Assembly: GCA_963735035.1 (NCBI GenBank)
Contig: CAVTJJ010000002.1
Location: 100,963-164,962, forward strand
DNA length: 64,000 nucleotides
Direction: 5' to 3'
Source: an uncultured candidate division Zixibacteria bacterium
GTDB lineage: Bacteria; Zixibacteria; MSB-5A5; GN15; FEB-12
The stretch's first letter is position 1; each line of letters begins with the position of its first letter. The position numbers were made by a program, and so were the translations under genes. Shown in pieces: positions 48,401 to 57,224 of the stretch. Below the pieces are notes generated by a model. It was not told where the DNA came from and did no database searches. It worked only from the letters and a program-made list of their open reading frames with translations.

Positions 48401-49384
48401 AGAACCATTGTTAGCAAGCCAGCAAATGCTACCGGCGTCCCTGTTGGCAGTAGCCAAGTCGACCGAGAAATCCCCGTTCAAGTCCGCACCTATCACATAC
48501 GTGGGGAAGTCGCCTACAACATAGGAGGTTGTTACCATTAGTTGGCCATTGCCAGCATTAAGGAGTACGAATAGTTGATCTGTTCCAGTGGAGGTTGCGC
48601 ACACGTCAAGATCTCCGTCCGAATCAATATCTACTACGGCTACTCCCTCCGTGCAAGTTGAAACATCATAAGCAACGTACGGTTGAAATGAGCCATCACC
48701 ATTGCCCACCAAAACCGAAACAGTCTCGTGGCTACAATTGCTTGTTACTAGGTCCGATACACCGTCACCGGTGAGGTCGGCAGCCCGTATCACGTATGGG
48801 AGGGCACCTGTACTGTAGGAGGTTCCGGCTGCAAACGTGCCATCCTGTTGTCCCAGAAACACAGATACGTTGGAACTAACTCGGTTTGCAGTGATCAGGT
48901 CGATAGAACCATCCCTGTTTAGGTCTGCGGCGCAGATGGAATTTGGGTCGCTGCCGCAAGGCATGGTCACTGGCGATCTATATGACACGCTGCCCTGGTA
49001 CGCGGCAGTGACAACAAATCCCCAGTTTCTGCCCTGTACTAAAGGAACTTGAGCCGCTGATCGTATGGACTTAGTAACCACGACCCCCACAGTTTCACCT
49101 CTGGCAAAAGCGCGATTCGACACGAATCGTACTGTCATAGATGGGACATCATACTCAATGTCCCCGCTGTGGCGTCCGGTAATTGTGCCATTTACTACAA
49201 GAGAAGTAGGGGTGATACTGCTGGCATCCATGTCCTGATCAAAAACGATCGATATGGCAGAATTTGGAGCTATGTTTAGTGCATTCAGTGATGGCGTAAC
49301 TGACACCACATGTGGTTCTTGGGCAAACGTCCCCGACGCCGTGGCGGCAAGTATTACTGCGATGAGAATCGTCAGTCGAGGCAT
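45497..49384 (-). CDS. Secreted protein with Ig-like domain, FG-GAP/VCBS repeats, parallel beta-helix, Fn3-like domains and a dockerin-like tail
   Basis: ADLNRDGSIDLITAN-type repeats; PTIQAGIDAALNGDTVLVADGTY; YFWRVRA; GDVN..TIGDIALLIDHLFIAG. Confidence 0.88.
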   Translation of the reverse strand: MPRLTILIAVILAATASGTFAQEPHVVSVTPSLNALNIAPNSAISIVFDQDMDASSITPTSLVVNGTITGRHSGDIEYDVPSMTVRFVSNRAFARGETVGVVVTKSIRSAAQVPLVQGRNWGFVVTAAYQGSVSYRSPVTMPCGSDPNSICAADLNRDGSIDLITANRVSSNVSVFLGQQDGTFAAGTSYSTGALPYVIRAADLTGDGVSDLVTSNCSHETVSVLVGNGDGSFQPYVAYDVSTCTEGVAVVDIDSDGDLDVCATSTGTDQLFVLLNAGNGQLMVTTSYVVGDFPTYVIGADLNGDFSVDLATANRDAGSICWLANNGSGVFSAPMFTTTGSGTHSLATADMDSDGDLDIATANKISNDVSVLLNDGSGGFGNPTKYPVGSAPHRITMGDFDGDGAIDAITAAHGSTDALLCHNDGNGNLSSPLTVYSGSNPVETALGDFDNDGDLDLAVANFADNTVSVLINDGDIRQPRTIRVPSEQPTIQAGIDAALNGDTVLVADGTYTGDGNRDVVIGNKTIVVMSEHGPASTTIDCQATETDQHGGFYVQSLYAEVTLKGFAITGARAVNGGAICGSQSVVEIDSCIFTGNVSGCYFVESDVVMFSCVSTGNYGYGVTADRSCWLQMKDCVISNNALGGLGTVGNGCSLQFDRNLFSANNGPGLYLQNGTAVINECVFADNLRGVDGTTEAGRLSIEVSRSRFVNNSIDSAGGGMRVHFGEDEGLSGGSLVVDECLFEDNSAELGGAISTDGRYSGQYRIVRCTFRGNNASRGGAIAIDSWWDTPEIESCTFVSNTAIEGSALYLGTNLATYYVSVSRCIFESNQGIGVVRCNDGFNSVFVRCSDCFSNYNEGQNQDWVGCIEGQYGQNGNISLDPLFCDTANGNYSLYSFSPCAAANNSCGQLIGAYDVGCTLAATLALPNESTATNVMSHTPTLGWTFEPAPGWTQTDFEIAVGTDNNWAYAEMWNPAPFVSTNTSVVYAGAALVDGTTYYARVRSKLNGIWTAWTETSFRMNSLPIKPTMATPQNGAVTGQQPTLYANNSVDSEADPLSYQFEVYTDPNSQIPLAVSDLVTQEQDSTGWTVNAILPDNAFYFWRVRAWDGYEYSDWSVYNFFAVNSSPEAPSTPTVTAPVGTNLILYDMLPSFSWTKATDPDPFDEVKYRLELSLNQNFTLVVPFDNLTDTAYFMADSLLFSQRYWWRVKAIDKSGLFSTSTPSDFWTWTLGDVNRSHDCTIGDIALLIDHLFIAGTPIDPPKTGDVNGSCDITIGDISVMIDRLFISGAQLKVGCE

Positions 49385-49423
49385 ATTGCCCCCCTGTGTT
49401 CGCGTTAATGTATGACCGAGATT

Positions 49424-49452
49424 ATTATACCTAAATGCGACAGTATTGTCAA
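49424..49452 (-). promoter_or_regulatory. Perfect-consensus sigma70 promoter for 45497-49384
   Basis: TTGACA-N17-TATAAT. Confidence 0.75.
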
Positions 49453-49783
49453 GGATTCGTGGCTGACTTGGTCCGGGCGGTCTCAGAAGTGCAACTTTCC
49501 GTTATCCTGGTCGTAAACCCGCGTTTGGCAGGTTGGTCCGCTCCATCGAGCCATGGCCCTTGGTCTAAGTCATCGAAGCAAGCCTAACCGCCCGTGTTGT
49601 GTGAGAAGCAGGGACCGTATTCACATGACGGGGGGCCTGTTTCTTTCCCCCGTCCCCCCGTGTGCGACGCGGTCATGTCGCATCCATACGTGCATCCATC
49701 GCACACCAAACAGCGAACAAGTTACGGCCAAACAAGCGACAGGCACCCAGTCAAGATTTAATATTTGATACGTAAGAAATAAC

Positions 49784-49850
49784 TTGACATGGGTGATTGT
49801 ATATGGTATCATACTCCCGCAACAAATAACCCATCAATTGACGGGTTATT
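49784..49850 (+). promoter_or_regulatory. Recombinase promoter followed by a 26-bp palindrome
   Basis: TTGACA-N17-TATCAT with extended TG; AATAACCCATCAATTGACGGGTTATT at 49825-49850. Confidence 0.6.
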
Positions 49851-49980
49851 ACGGACAACCCAAAGATAACCGGGTGCCATGAACCGGTCAAGGTGATACG
49901 GAGAACGTGACAATGCGACTCGATGAAAAATACCGACCGACCAGGCTGTCGGACGTGATCGGAGAAGCGGGAGCAATGCT

Positions 49981-50931
49981 ATGACATCGCATACAACGAT
50001 GGAATTGCTCACTACGGAGCCGCAACAGGCCCCTGTGGAGCTTGCAGAGGCTCAAAAGGTCTTCGACGCACTGGATGTGTCCGAAACCACCAGAGCGGAC
50101 TACAAGGCCCGGATCGGACGGTTTCTGCGGCTGGTTCGCCGGACCGGACTGACTCCGGATAGCTTCCTGAATTACAAACGGGTCCTGGCCGCACGGACCG
50201 ACCTGACAGCGGCCACCAAGAACAAGTACCTGGCCACCGCACGGGTCTTCCTGAGAGAACTGCACAGGCGTGGCCACCTGCCGGTAGACCTAACCTTGAA
50301 CGTCAAGTCCTTTAGCCAGTCAAAGCGACACAAACGGACCGGAATCACAGACGAGGAAATGGTTCGCTTGACTGAGTGCATTCGGGGGCTTGAACCTTCC
50401 CGGGAGAACGCCCGTTTGCGAGCTATTCTCAGCCTACTAGGCCTTCAGGGATTGCGACAGGTGGAGATATGCCGTCTGGACGTGACCGACCTGGACCTGA
50501 ACTCCCGGACCGCTATGATTCGAGGCAAAGGGCAGGACGACAAAGAGGCGATTGACCTGCAGCCGGAGACTGTCAAGGCTCTGGCCGAACACATTCGGGC
50601 CAGCAATGTGGCCGATGGTCCGTTGTTTGTGGGTTACACCAATAACAGCAAGCGACTGACCACCGGGGGGCTGCGAGTGATTGTTGACCGGATTCTAAAA
50701 AGCCGGGGAATCTGCAAGACCGTACACGGATTCCGGCACTACTTTACGACCAAACTGATCGAGGCTTATGGCGGGGATCTGTTGATAGTCGCCCAGTACA
50801 CCAGACACCGCTCGCTTGAAATGTTGCAGGTTTACAACGACGGTATCAAGCGACAAGCAGACCTGCCACGGTTTTATCAGACCTTTGGAGGAATCAAGTT
50901 TGGAGCGGAAAAACCCCTCCACACAGTATAA
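49981..50931 (+). CDS. Tyrosine recombinase/integrase
   Basis: GLRQVEI (R), GKG (K), HGFRH (HxxR), RH...VY (H, Y). Confidence 0.92.
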   Translation: MTSHTTMELLTTEPQQAPVELAEAQKVFDALDVSETTRADYKARIGRFLRLVRRTGLTPDSFLNYKRVLAARTDLTAATKNKYLATARVFLRELHRRGHLPVDLTLNVKSFSQSKRHKRTGITDEEMVRLTECIRGLEPSRENARLRAILSLLGLQGLRQVEICRLDVTDLDLNSRTAMIRGKGQDDKEAIDLQPETVKALAEHIRASNVADGPLFVGYTNNSKRLTTGGLRVIVDRILKSRGICKTVHGFRHYFTTKLIEAYGGDLLIVAQYTRHRSLEMLQVYNDGIKRQADLPRFYQTFGGIKFGAEKPLHTV

Positions 50932-51000
50932 TTGTAATTACACGTTGTGGAAAAGAATCAAAGTTGACGCGAGGGAATCTGATCCAGAAATTGGAGGCAT

Positions 51001-51237
51001 ATGGCGGAACGTAAACGCAAGCCTTTGGGACGACCAGCCGACGGCATCAAGCGACGGCCAGTAACGATCAACCTTCCGGTTGTCGTCATTGACAAAATGA
51101 AGGACTATTCAGCCAAACACGGCGAAAGCGGCAGCGGTCTGATCGCCCGCCTCTTGGCTGAGTTCTTCCGTACCGACGGCCAACCGCCGGGTAACGTCCG
51201 TTCAACCCTGAAGGCCAAGTTGGATCAGTTGGAATAA
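51001..51237 (+). CDS. Ribbon-helix-helix (CopG-like) DNA-binding protein
   Basis: GGAGG SD; GRP..RRPVTINLP..IDKMKDYS..GES.S.LIARLL. Confidence 0.65.
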   Translation: MAERKRKPLGRPADGIKRRPVTINLPVVVIDKMKDYSAKHGESGSGLIARLLAEFFRTDGQPPGNVRSTLKAKLDQLE

Positions 51238-51396
51238 GCCAACTGGCCATCCTTCGATTTCTTAGCGCTCCAACCAACTCATCCACCCACCGCTCCATAC
51301 CTATGGTCACTTCCGAGCTATCGCATAGCCACAGCATGCTGAGGTCGCGTTGGTGTCCTTTCCGCGCCAGTCGCCACATGCCGGGAGAGCGAAGTC

Positions 51397-51442
51397 GGAT
51401 GGGGGTACCCCCGACAATTCAACAGCAAGAAAGAACGGGTCC
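51397..51442 (+). repeat. Direct repeat copy 1 containing the palindrome GGGGGTACCCCC
   Basis: GGATGGGGGTACCCCCGAC..AAAGAACGGGTCC; second copy at 53280. Confidence 0.7.
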
Positions 51443-51604
51443 TGCGAGTAGACGAAGTCTGCACTGTTCTGTTTGATCCGTCAATTGGCCGAGTGGCGGC
51501 ACTACTGGCTGAAATAGTGGCTGCATAGGGGGATTGCTTAAGCAATTGAAGCAAGCACAGCTACAGTTTCACGGGGCGTTCGTTCTGGATCGAAGCAGTC
51601 GGCC

Positions 51605-51940
51605 TGTCGGCACAAAGGGCAGGACGGACGACGGTGCGGGGCCAGGCCGCTCACGGGCTGGCGATACTGCTTCTGGCACGATCCAGCCAAGGCGACTGCC
51701 CGGAAAGATGCGGGGCGCACAGGAGGGCGTCAGGGACGCGCAAGGACGCTTCCAGGCGACACAGCGGACTTCAACGTGGTTGATGTCTCAAGCGTAGTCG
51801 AATTGCTGTCCAGAACCGTCAATCAAACGCTCAGCGGCGAAATCGACCCCGAGGTGGCCAATGCGGCCGGTACCTCTCGGGTGTGATCCTGCGAGTCAGG
51901 GAGCAGATAGAAGTCGACCGACGCTGGCCAACAATCAAGG
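51605..51940 (+). pseudogene. Degenerate Cys/His-motif gene of mobile-element type
   Basis: CRHKGQDGRRCGARPLTGWRYCFWHDP...GEIDPEVANAAG, then a frameshift to YLSGVILRVREQ; no start codon. Confidence 0.45.
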
Positions 51941-52120
51941 GCTCCTTATGCTAACCTATTGGGCCGTTTATAGAAACGCGTAAATTGACGTTGACTCAAG
52001 AACGATGTGACTATAGATTTGTTTAAGGAACGACGACTAATATAACTGACGATGCGAGATTGCGCGCCTTACTGCGTGCCCTGCAGCAATGAAAGGCGTT
52101 CCACGGTTGGCAGGAGGTGA

Positions 52121-52711
52121 ATGGTGCCAGGTACTATCAGATTTCGGTTTTCACTCGACAAGTTCCTGAATCTTGTCACGTATTTGGCGAGTAGTGTCCC
52201 GAACTTGGACATAATGAAAGCCGTTAAGTTACTATACTTCATTGACAAACATCATATTGTCCGATACGGGAGGCCGATCACCGGAGACACCTACTATCGT
52301 CTCAACAGGGGCCCTGTACCAACCGCTGCCTATGACATCATGAAGATCCCGGACCCTACTTTTGATAGCACGGGTTTCCCTGATCGAGAAGCATTTCTCA
52401 CATATATGGCCTCCGATGACTCTCGCGGTTATCCCGTCTTTACTGCGCTCCGTGCTCCTGAACTGAATTGCTTCTCCACTTCGGAAATGGAGAGTATCAA
52501 GGCAGTAACAGAACGGTTGGGACGCCTCAGCGGGTATGATCTTATGGTACTTTCTCACGAAGATGCCACTCACAAGAAGACGGGACTTGGCGCGCCAATC
52601 GATTTCAGGCTCTTCTTTGAAGATGAGCCAGGCGCGTTGAGCGATGCCTTCGAACTCATGGAAAGCCAGCAAGAAGACAGGGATTTCGCACAAGGTATGA
52701 TGGATGATTGA
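52121..52711 (+). CDS. Panacea-domain (DUF4065/SocA-like) antitoxin
   Basis: KLLYFID..H...YGRPITGD.Y....GPVP..YD and L..LSH motifs; AGGAGG SD. Confidence 0.85.
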   Translation: MVPGTIRFRFSLDKFLNLVTYLASSVPNLDIMKAVKLLYFIDKHHIVRYGRPITGDTYYRLNRGPVPTAAYDIMKIPDPTFDSTGFPDREAFLTYMASDDSRGYPVFTALRAPELNCFSTSEMESIKAVTERLGRLSGYDLMVLSHEDATHKKTGLGAPIDFRLFFEDEPGALSDAFELMESQQEDRDFAQGMMDD

Positions 52712-53180
52712 GATCCCGCGAGAGACCCTCGAATCTCATTTCGGTAGGTTCTTCCGAACGGGTTCAGTCTGGAAGTACCACAAATTCCACTTTCAAAGTA
52801 CCGGTGAGACAAGGGATAAGTACTTAGTTGTACTGAGCCCGCGAGCGGCTGATGGCAACGCATATTTCTGCTTCACGACGACCAACGAAGTATTCTTCAC
52901 CAGGAATACTGTTGCCTGTCGGAATATCTTCGTGATAGACGCAGGTAACTGCGATTGTTTCCGGGAAAGAACCGCCATAGATGTGAGCAATTTCTTCGAC
53001 GAGACTTCTGACGTGCTGCTCGACCGTTACTGCCATTCCAAGTTCTCACAACGTATCGAGTACATAGGCGACTTGCCGGACCGTATTATTGAGCAGATCA
53101 GACTCCTGTTTCTTGCCTCTGCGGACGTGCCCATCAAGATCAAGAACCTTGTCTTTCCGAATCCCGTTCAGCCAGGGTGA
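52704..53180 (+). CDS. Putative toxin partner (PemK/MazF-like fold)
   Basis: Overlaps the antitoxin gene; GSVW...RDKYLVVLS...FCFTTT. Confidence 0.5.
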   Translation: MIEIPRETLESHFGRFFRTGSVWKYHKFHFQSTGETRDKYLVVLSPRAADGNAYFCFTTTNEVFFTRNTVACRNIFVIDAGNCDCFRERTAIDVSNFFDETSDVLLDRYCHSKFSQRIEYIGDLPDRIIEQIRLLFLASADVPIKIKNLVFPNPVQPG

Positions 53181-53279
53181 ACGCCCGGCTGGTACCAGTT
53201 CTTAATCGCTTCAATCTTGATGACAGCCGTTCTGGAGCCGTGCCTTACGATGAAGGCGACGAAGAGAGATTGGTTTCAA

Positions 53280-53323
53280 GGATGGGGGTACCCCGACTGA
53301 CCCTCCCTCAAAGAAACGGGTCC
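53280..53323 (+). repeat. Direct repeat copy 2
   Basis: GGATGGGGGTACCCCGAC..AAAGAAACGGGTCC. Confidence 0.7.
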
Positions 53324-53991
53324 CATGCACAGCCTCCTCACCCTATAAAGTAACCAAACTCACTGCTACAGAGCACGTTAAGGCGATCTTTCGGAAGCTG
53401 TCAAGAAAAGCGCTTCGAGTCGGCAAAAATGCACTACTTTTGTGCATAAAACGCTATGAAATGCACTTTCGCCAAATATCGCTGTAACGGGTTGAACAAC
53501 AAATGATTGGCGGTATTTCCGTGGATTTTCCGTCGCATTTGCGTGCAGTCTTTTCGGATTATCGCAGCACACCTTTGGTTTGCGTTAAGTCATTGTTAGA
53601 TATACATTTTAGCGGCATATCCGATCACTATGCCAGTGCGAGTTAACATAATGTTCGCGCCAGCGGCCGGACAACGGAGATGCACAATCACGAACATGTG
53701 ATGAGTCACCAGAGAACGGCCTATTCAGGACAACGTAACTGAGCGACATTGGAGTTGCATCGCAGCGCCCTGTCTCTTGCTCTGCCGTGCCGTACGCTCT
53801 CGCTGTACTCAGCCGGGTACAGCTCCAGCTTCAGATTGAGCATCTTTCAGCGCCCTTGGTGCGTCTGGTTTTTGGGCGCTGTGTTCACTGTTAGGGTTCT
53901 GTCGTTGGGACCCCCGGTTTAGTGCTATTCCGACGGGTTCCTGACTATATCCGATCCGGTAGTCAGTATTCCCAGGTCACGGTTCACATAC

Positions 53992-54020
53992 TTGACACCG
54001 TTGTACCTTGTCCGTATCCT
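53992..54020 (+). promoter_or_regulatory. Sigma70 promoter of the helicase-methyltransferase operon
   Basis: TTGACA-N17-TATCCT. The track's TTG start at 53992 coincides with the -35 box. Confidence 0.6.
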
Positions 54021-54063
54021 TACCAAAAGCCATTCTTGCGGCATTATCAGGAGGCACAGCTGG

Positions 54064-57000
54064 ATGGGTTTAGATAAGGTGTCCGGCGGAGACCTTTTCA
54101 TAGTCGACAACAGCGATAGCCTGTGGAAGGTACAGCAGTACCTACACGAATGGGCCGATATCGCCACCAAGTTCGACATCGCAACGGGGTATTTCGAGAT
54201 AGGGGCACTGCTCGCCCTCGACGGTCAGTGGCAGAAACTGGAACAACTCCGCATCTTAATGGGTGACCAGGTTTCGATGCGGACCAGAAAAGCCCTACTC
54301 GCTGGGGTAGGTAAGGCAAAGGAAGTCCTGGATCAGAGCCTTGAACGGGAAAAAGAGGGGAACGACTTCCTGCATGGAGTCCCTGCAATCGTGTCGGCCA
54401 TCGGCGAAGGCCAAATCTGTTGCAAAATATACACGAAGGAAAAGTTCCACGCTAAGGCGTATATCACACATGCCAAGCAGGCCGTTGTCGGTTCTGCCGC
54501 TCTCGTCGGATCGAGCAACTTCACACACCCAGGGCTGACCACAAACATCGAATTGAACATTCAGATTCGTCGGGAGGTCGAGCAGCTTCAGCAGTGGTTC
54601 GAGAAGCACTGGAATGAAGCAGAGGACGTATCCGACGACGTCCTGAAGGTCATAGAGCGTCACGTACGGGAATATCTGCCGTTCGAGGTGTACGCCAAGG
54701 CTCTGCAGGAGTTCTTCCGGGGACACGAGCTGACAGTCGGCGAGTGGGAGAAGTCAGGGAAGGAAAACGGCGGTTCCCACGTCTATCCAGTGCTGGACAG
54801 ATACCAACAGGAGGGCTATCGCGCCCTAATGAAGATTGCCAAGCAGCATAATGGGGCTTTCTTGTGCGATGGCGTTGGCTTAGGCAAGACCTTGATCGGA
54901 CTCATGATAATTGAGCGTCTATGTATGTTTGACAGGAAGCGGGTAGCGCTGTTCGTGCCGAAAGCTGCTCTCGGCCCGGTCTGGAAGAGGCACCTAAAGC
55001 GTTACCTGCCGCACCTGGGTGGCGACTTTACTAACCTGGCGGTCTTCAGCCATACGGACCTGTCACGTGAGGGCGAGTATCCCCAGCGTTTCATGCGAAT
55101 TGCCGAACAGGCTGACGCCATCGTGATCGACGAAGCGCACCATTTCCGCAATCCCGGCGTCAAAGGCGAAGCGGAGACCAAACCATCTCGCTACCGGAAA
55201 ATGTTCGAACTCTGTGAAGGGAAGACGGTTTACTTCCTGACTGCGACGCCGATCAACAACAAGCTGATTGACCTTCAGCACATGATCGAGCTATTCTCCC
55301 GCCGCGAGACCGACTATTTCAAGGACGCTCCTCTTGGCATACACTCTCTGCAGGGACATTTCCGCAAGATGGAAAACGCCCTGAAGAAGCTCCTGGGTGA
55401 CAAGGACACTGATGGCGCTGAATCCGAGATCAACCAGGCTGAAGCCGAGCGGATTCTCAAAGATGATTCCCTCTTTCGGGCTCTCGTCGTACAGCGAAGT
55501 CGCGCCTACGTTCGCATGAGTCAGGAACAGCACGGGGAGTCTGCAGCAGCGTTTCCAGTGCGCGAGCAACCAAGGGTAGTCAACTACTCAATCAAGAAGA
55601 CCTACGGTCGTCTGTTGGATTTGGTGGAGAAAGCTTTCTCCAAAGAACAGCCGCTTTTCTCGTTGGCCAGTTACTATCCCCTCGCCTACTATGTCGGCCC
55701 CCGTACGGACATTGATCCTTTGCAGGAGGGGCGACAGAAGCAAGTAGTTGCTCTAATCAGGACGCAGTTCTTGAAGCGGTTCGAGAGTTCGGTCAAAGCT
55801 TTCGAGATATCATGCACACTTCTGTTGCAGAAACTCCTGGCGTTCCAGAGTGTCAACTGCACGAGCAAGGCGGAAAAGTCTCTTCTGGAAAAGTGGAAGT
55901 CGAAGAACAAGGAACTTCTGGAGTATGCCCAGGGTGTACTACGCGACTTCGCGGAGCCAACCGACGAATCGGACGAAGACGAGGACTTCATCCCTGATGA
56001 AATGCTCCAGAAGATCGCTGAACTACCCCGCGACGAGTACAAGGTCACCGATATTCTGGCTGAAAATTACTTCGATCTGGACCAACTCGTAGAGTTCCTG
56101 GCCGAAACCCGCAAGTTCAAGCCCTCTCATGACGACAAACTGGCAGCCTTGAAGAAGTTGTTGAAGTACCGAACCTCGACTGAAGAATGGCAAAATCCTG
56201 ATCTTCAGCGAGTATATGAACACCGCTCGGTATCTCCGAAGGGAGCTGGAGAAAGCAGGATTTGACCATGTGGATGAAGTCGACAGCTCCGATAAGCGGG
56301 ATCGCGGCGATGTCATCACCCGCTTCGCGCCTTATTACAACGATTCTGACCAGGCTACGCTTCCGGGACTGAGACCGGAAGAGACCAGAATCCTGATTTC
56401 TACCGACGTGCTGTCCGAAGGACTGAACCTTCAAGACGCTACGTTCATGATCAACTATGATCTCCACTGGAATCCGGTACGTCTTATGCAGCGAATTGGT
56501 CGTGTTGACCGCCGTATGAACCCGGAAATCGAAAAGCTAATGCTTGCCGATCATCCCGAGCGCAGAGAAACGCGAGGTAAGATAGCCTTTTGGAATTTCC
56601 TTCCGCCTGAGGAACTCGACGACATCTTGAAATTGTACGCGAAAGTGTCACACAAGACTCTGCGCATCTCCAAAGTGTTTGGCATCGAAGGCCGGAAGTT
56701 ACTGACGCCCGACGACGATTTCGACGCGCTAAAGGACTTTACGCACTTGCATGTTGGCACCACGAGCACGCTTGAGGAAATGCACCTGGAGTTCCAGCGT
56801 CTGCTCAAGGATCACCCTGACCTGGAGAGTAGACTGAATCTGTTGCCGGGTCGGGTATTCAGCGGCAGGAAGCACCCTGCACCCGGTACGAAAGCGGTCT
56901 TCCTCTGCTTTGCGCTTCCAGCTCCGGAGGAGATCGAGCAGGAGGATGGCACCAAGGAAAACGTCTGGACTGAGGAAGCGGGGCATACGAGATGGTATCT

Positions 57001-57220
57001 GTACGACTGCGCCTCGGGCGCGGTCACCGATGATCCGGGCGATATTTTGGACATCATTCGATCTGAACCGACCACTCCGAGACATCGTGCAATGCCAGAC
57101 GCGACCCTGTCTGACATCAGGGCGAAGATGGAAAAGCACGTCAAGAACAGTTACTTCAAGCAAGTCCAGGCCCCAGCAGGGGTAAAGGCAAGCCTGAAAG
57201 CCTGGATGGAGCTGAGCTGA
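54064..57220 (+). CDS. PLD-nuclease + SF2 (SNF2-like) helicase with an apparent 1-nt frameshift near 56167
   Basis: FHAKAY/GSSNFT (PLD), DGVGLGKT, DEAH, TATP. The second ORF 56216-57220 carries TDVLSEGLNLQ and QRIGRVDR. Removing one base restores KTEPRLKNGKILIFSEYMNTA. Confidence 0.85.
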
Positions 57221-57224
57221 GCTT

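Noticed and set aside
53400..53620. AT-rich stretch as another island end
   Set aside because: No tRNA repeat or matching partner site found.
56150..56220. Programmed frameshift in the helicase (also at 11520 and 60757)
   Set aside because: No slippery sequence; scattered single-base indels fit sequencing error or decay better.
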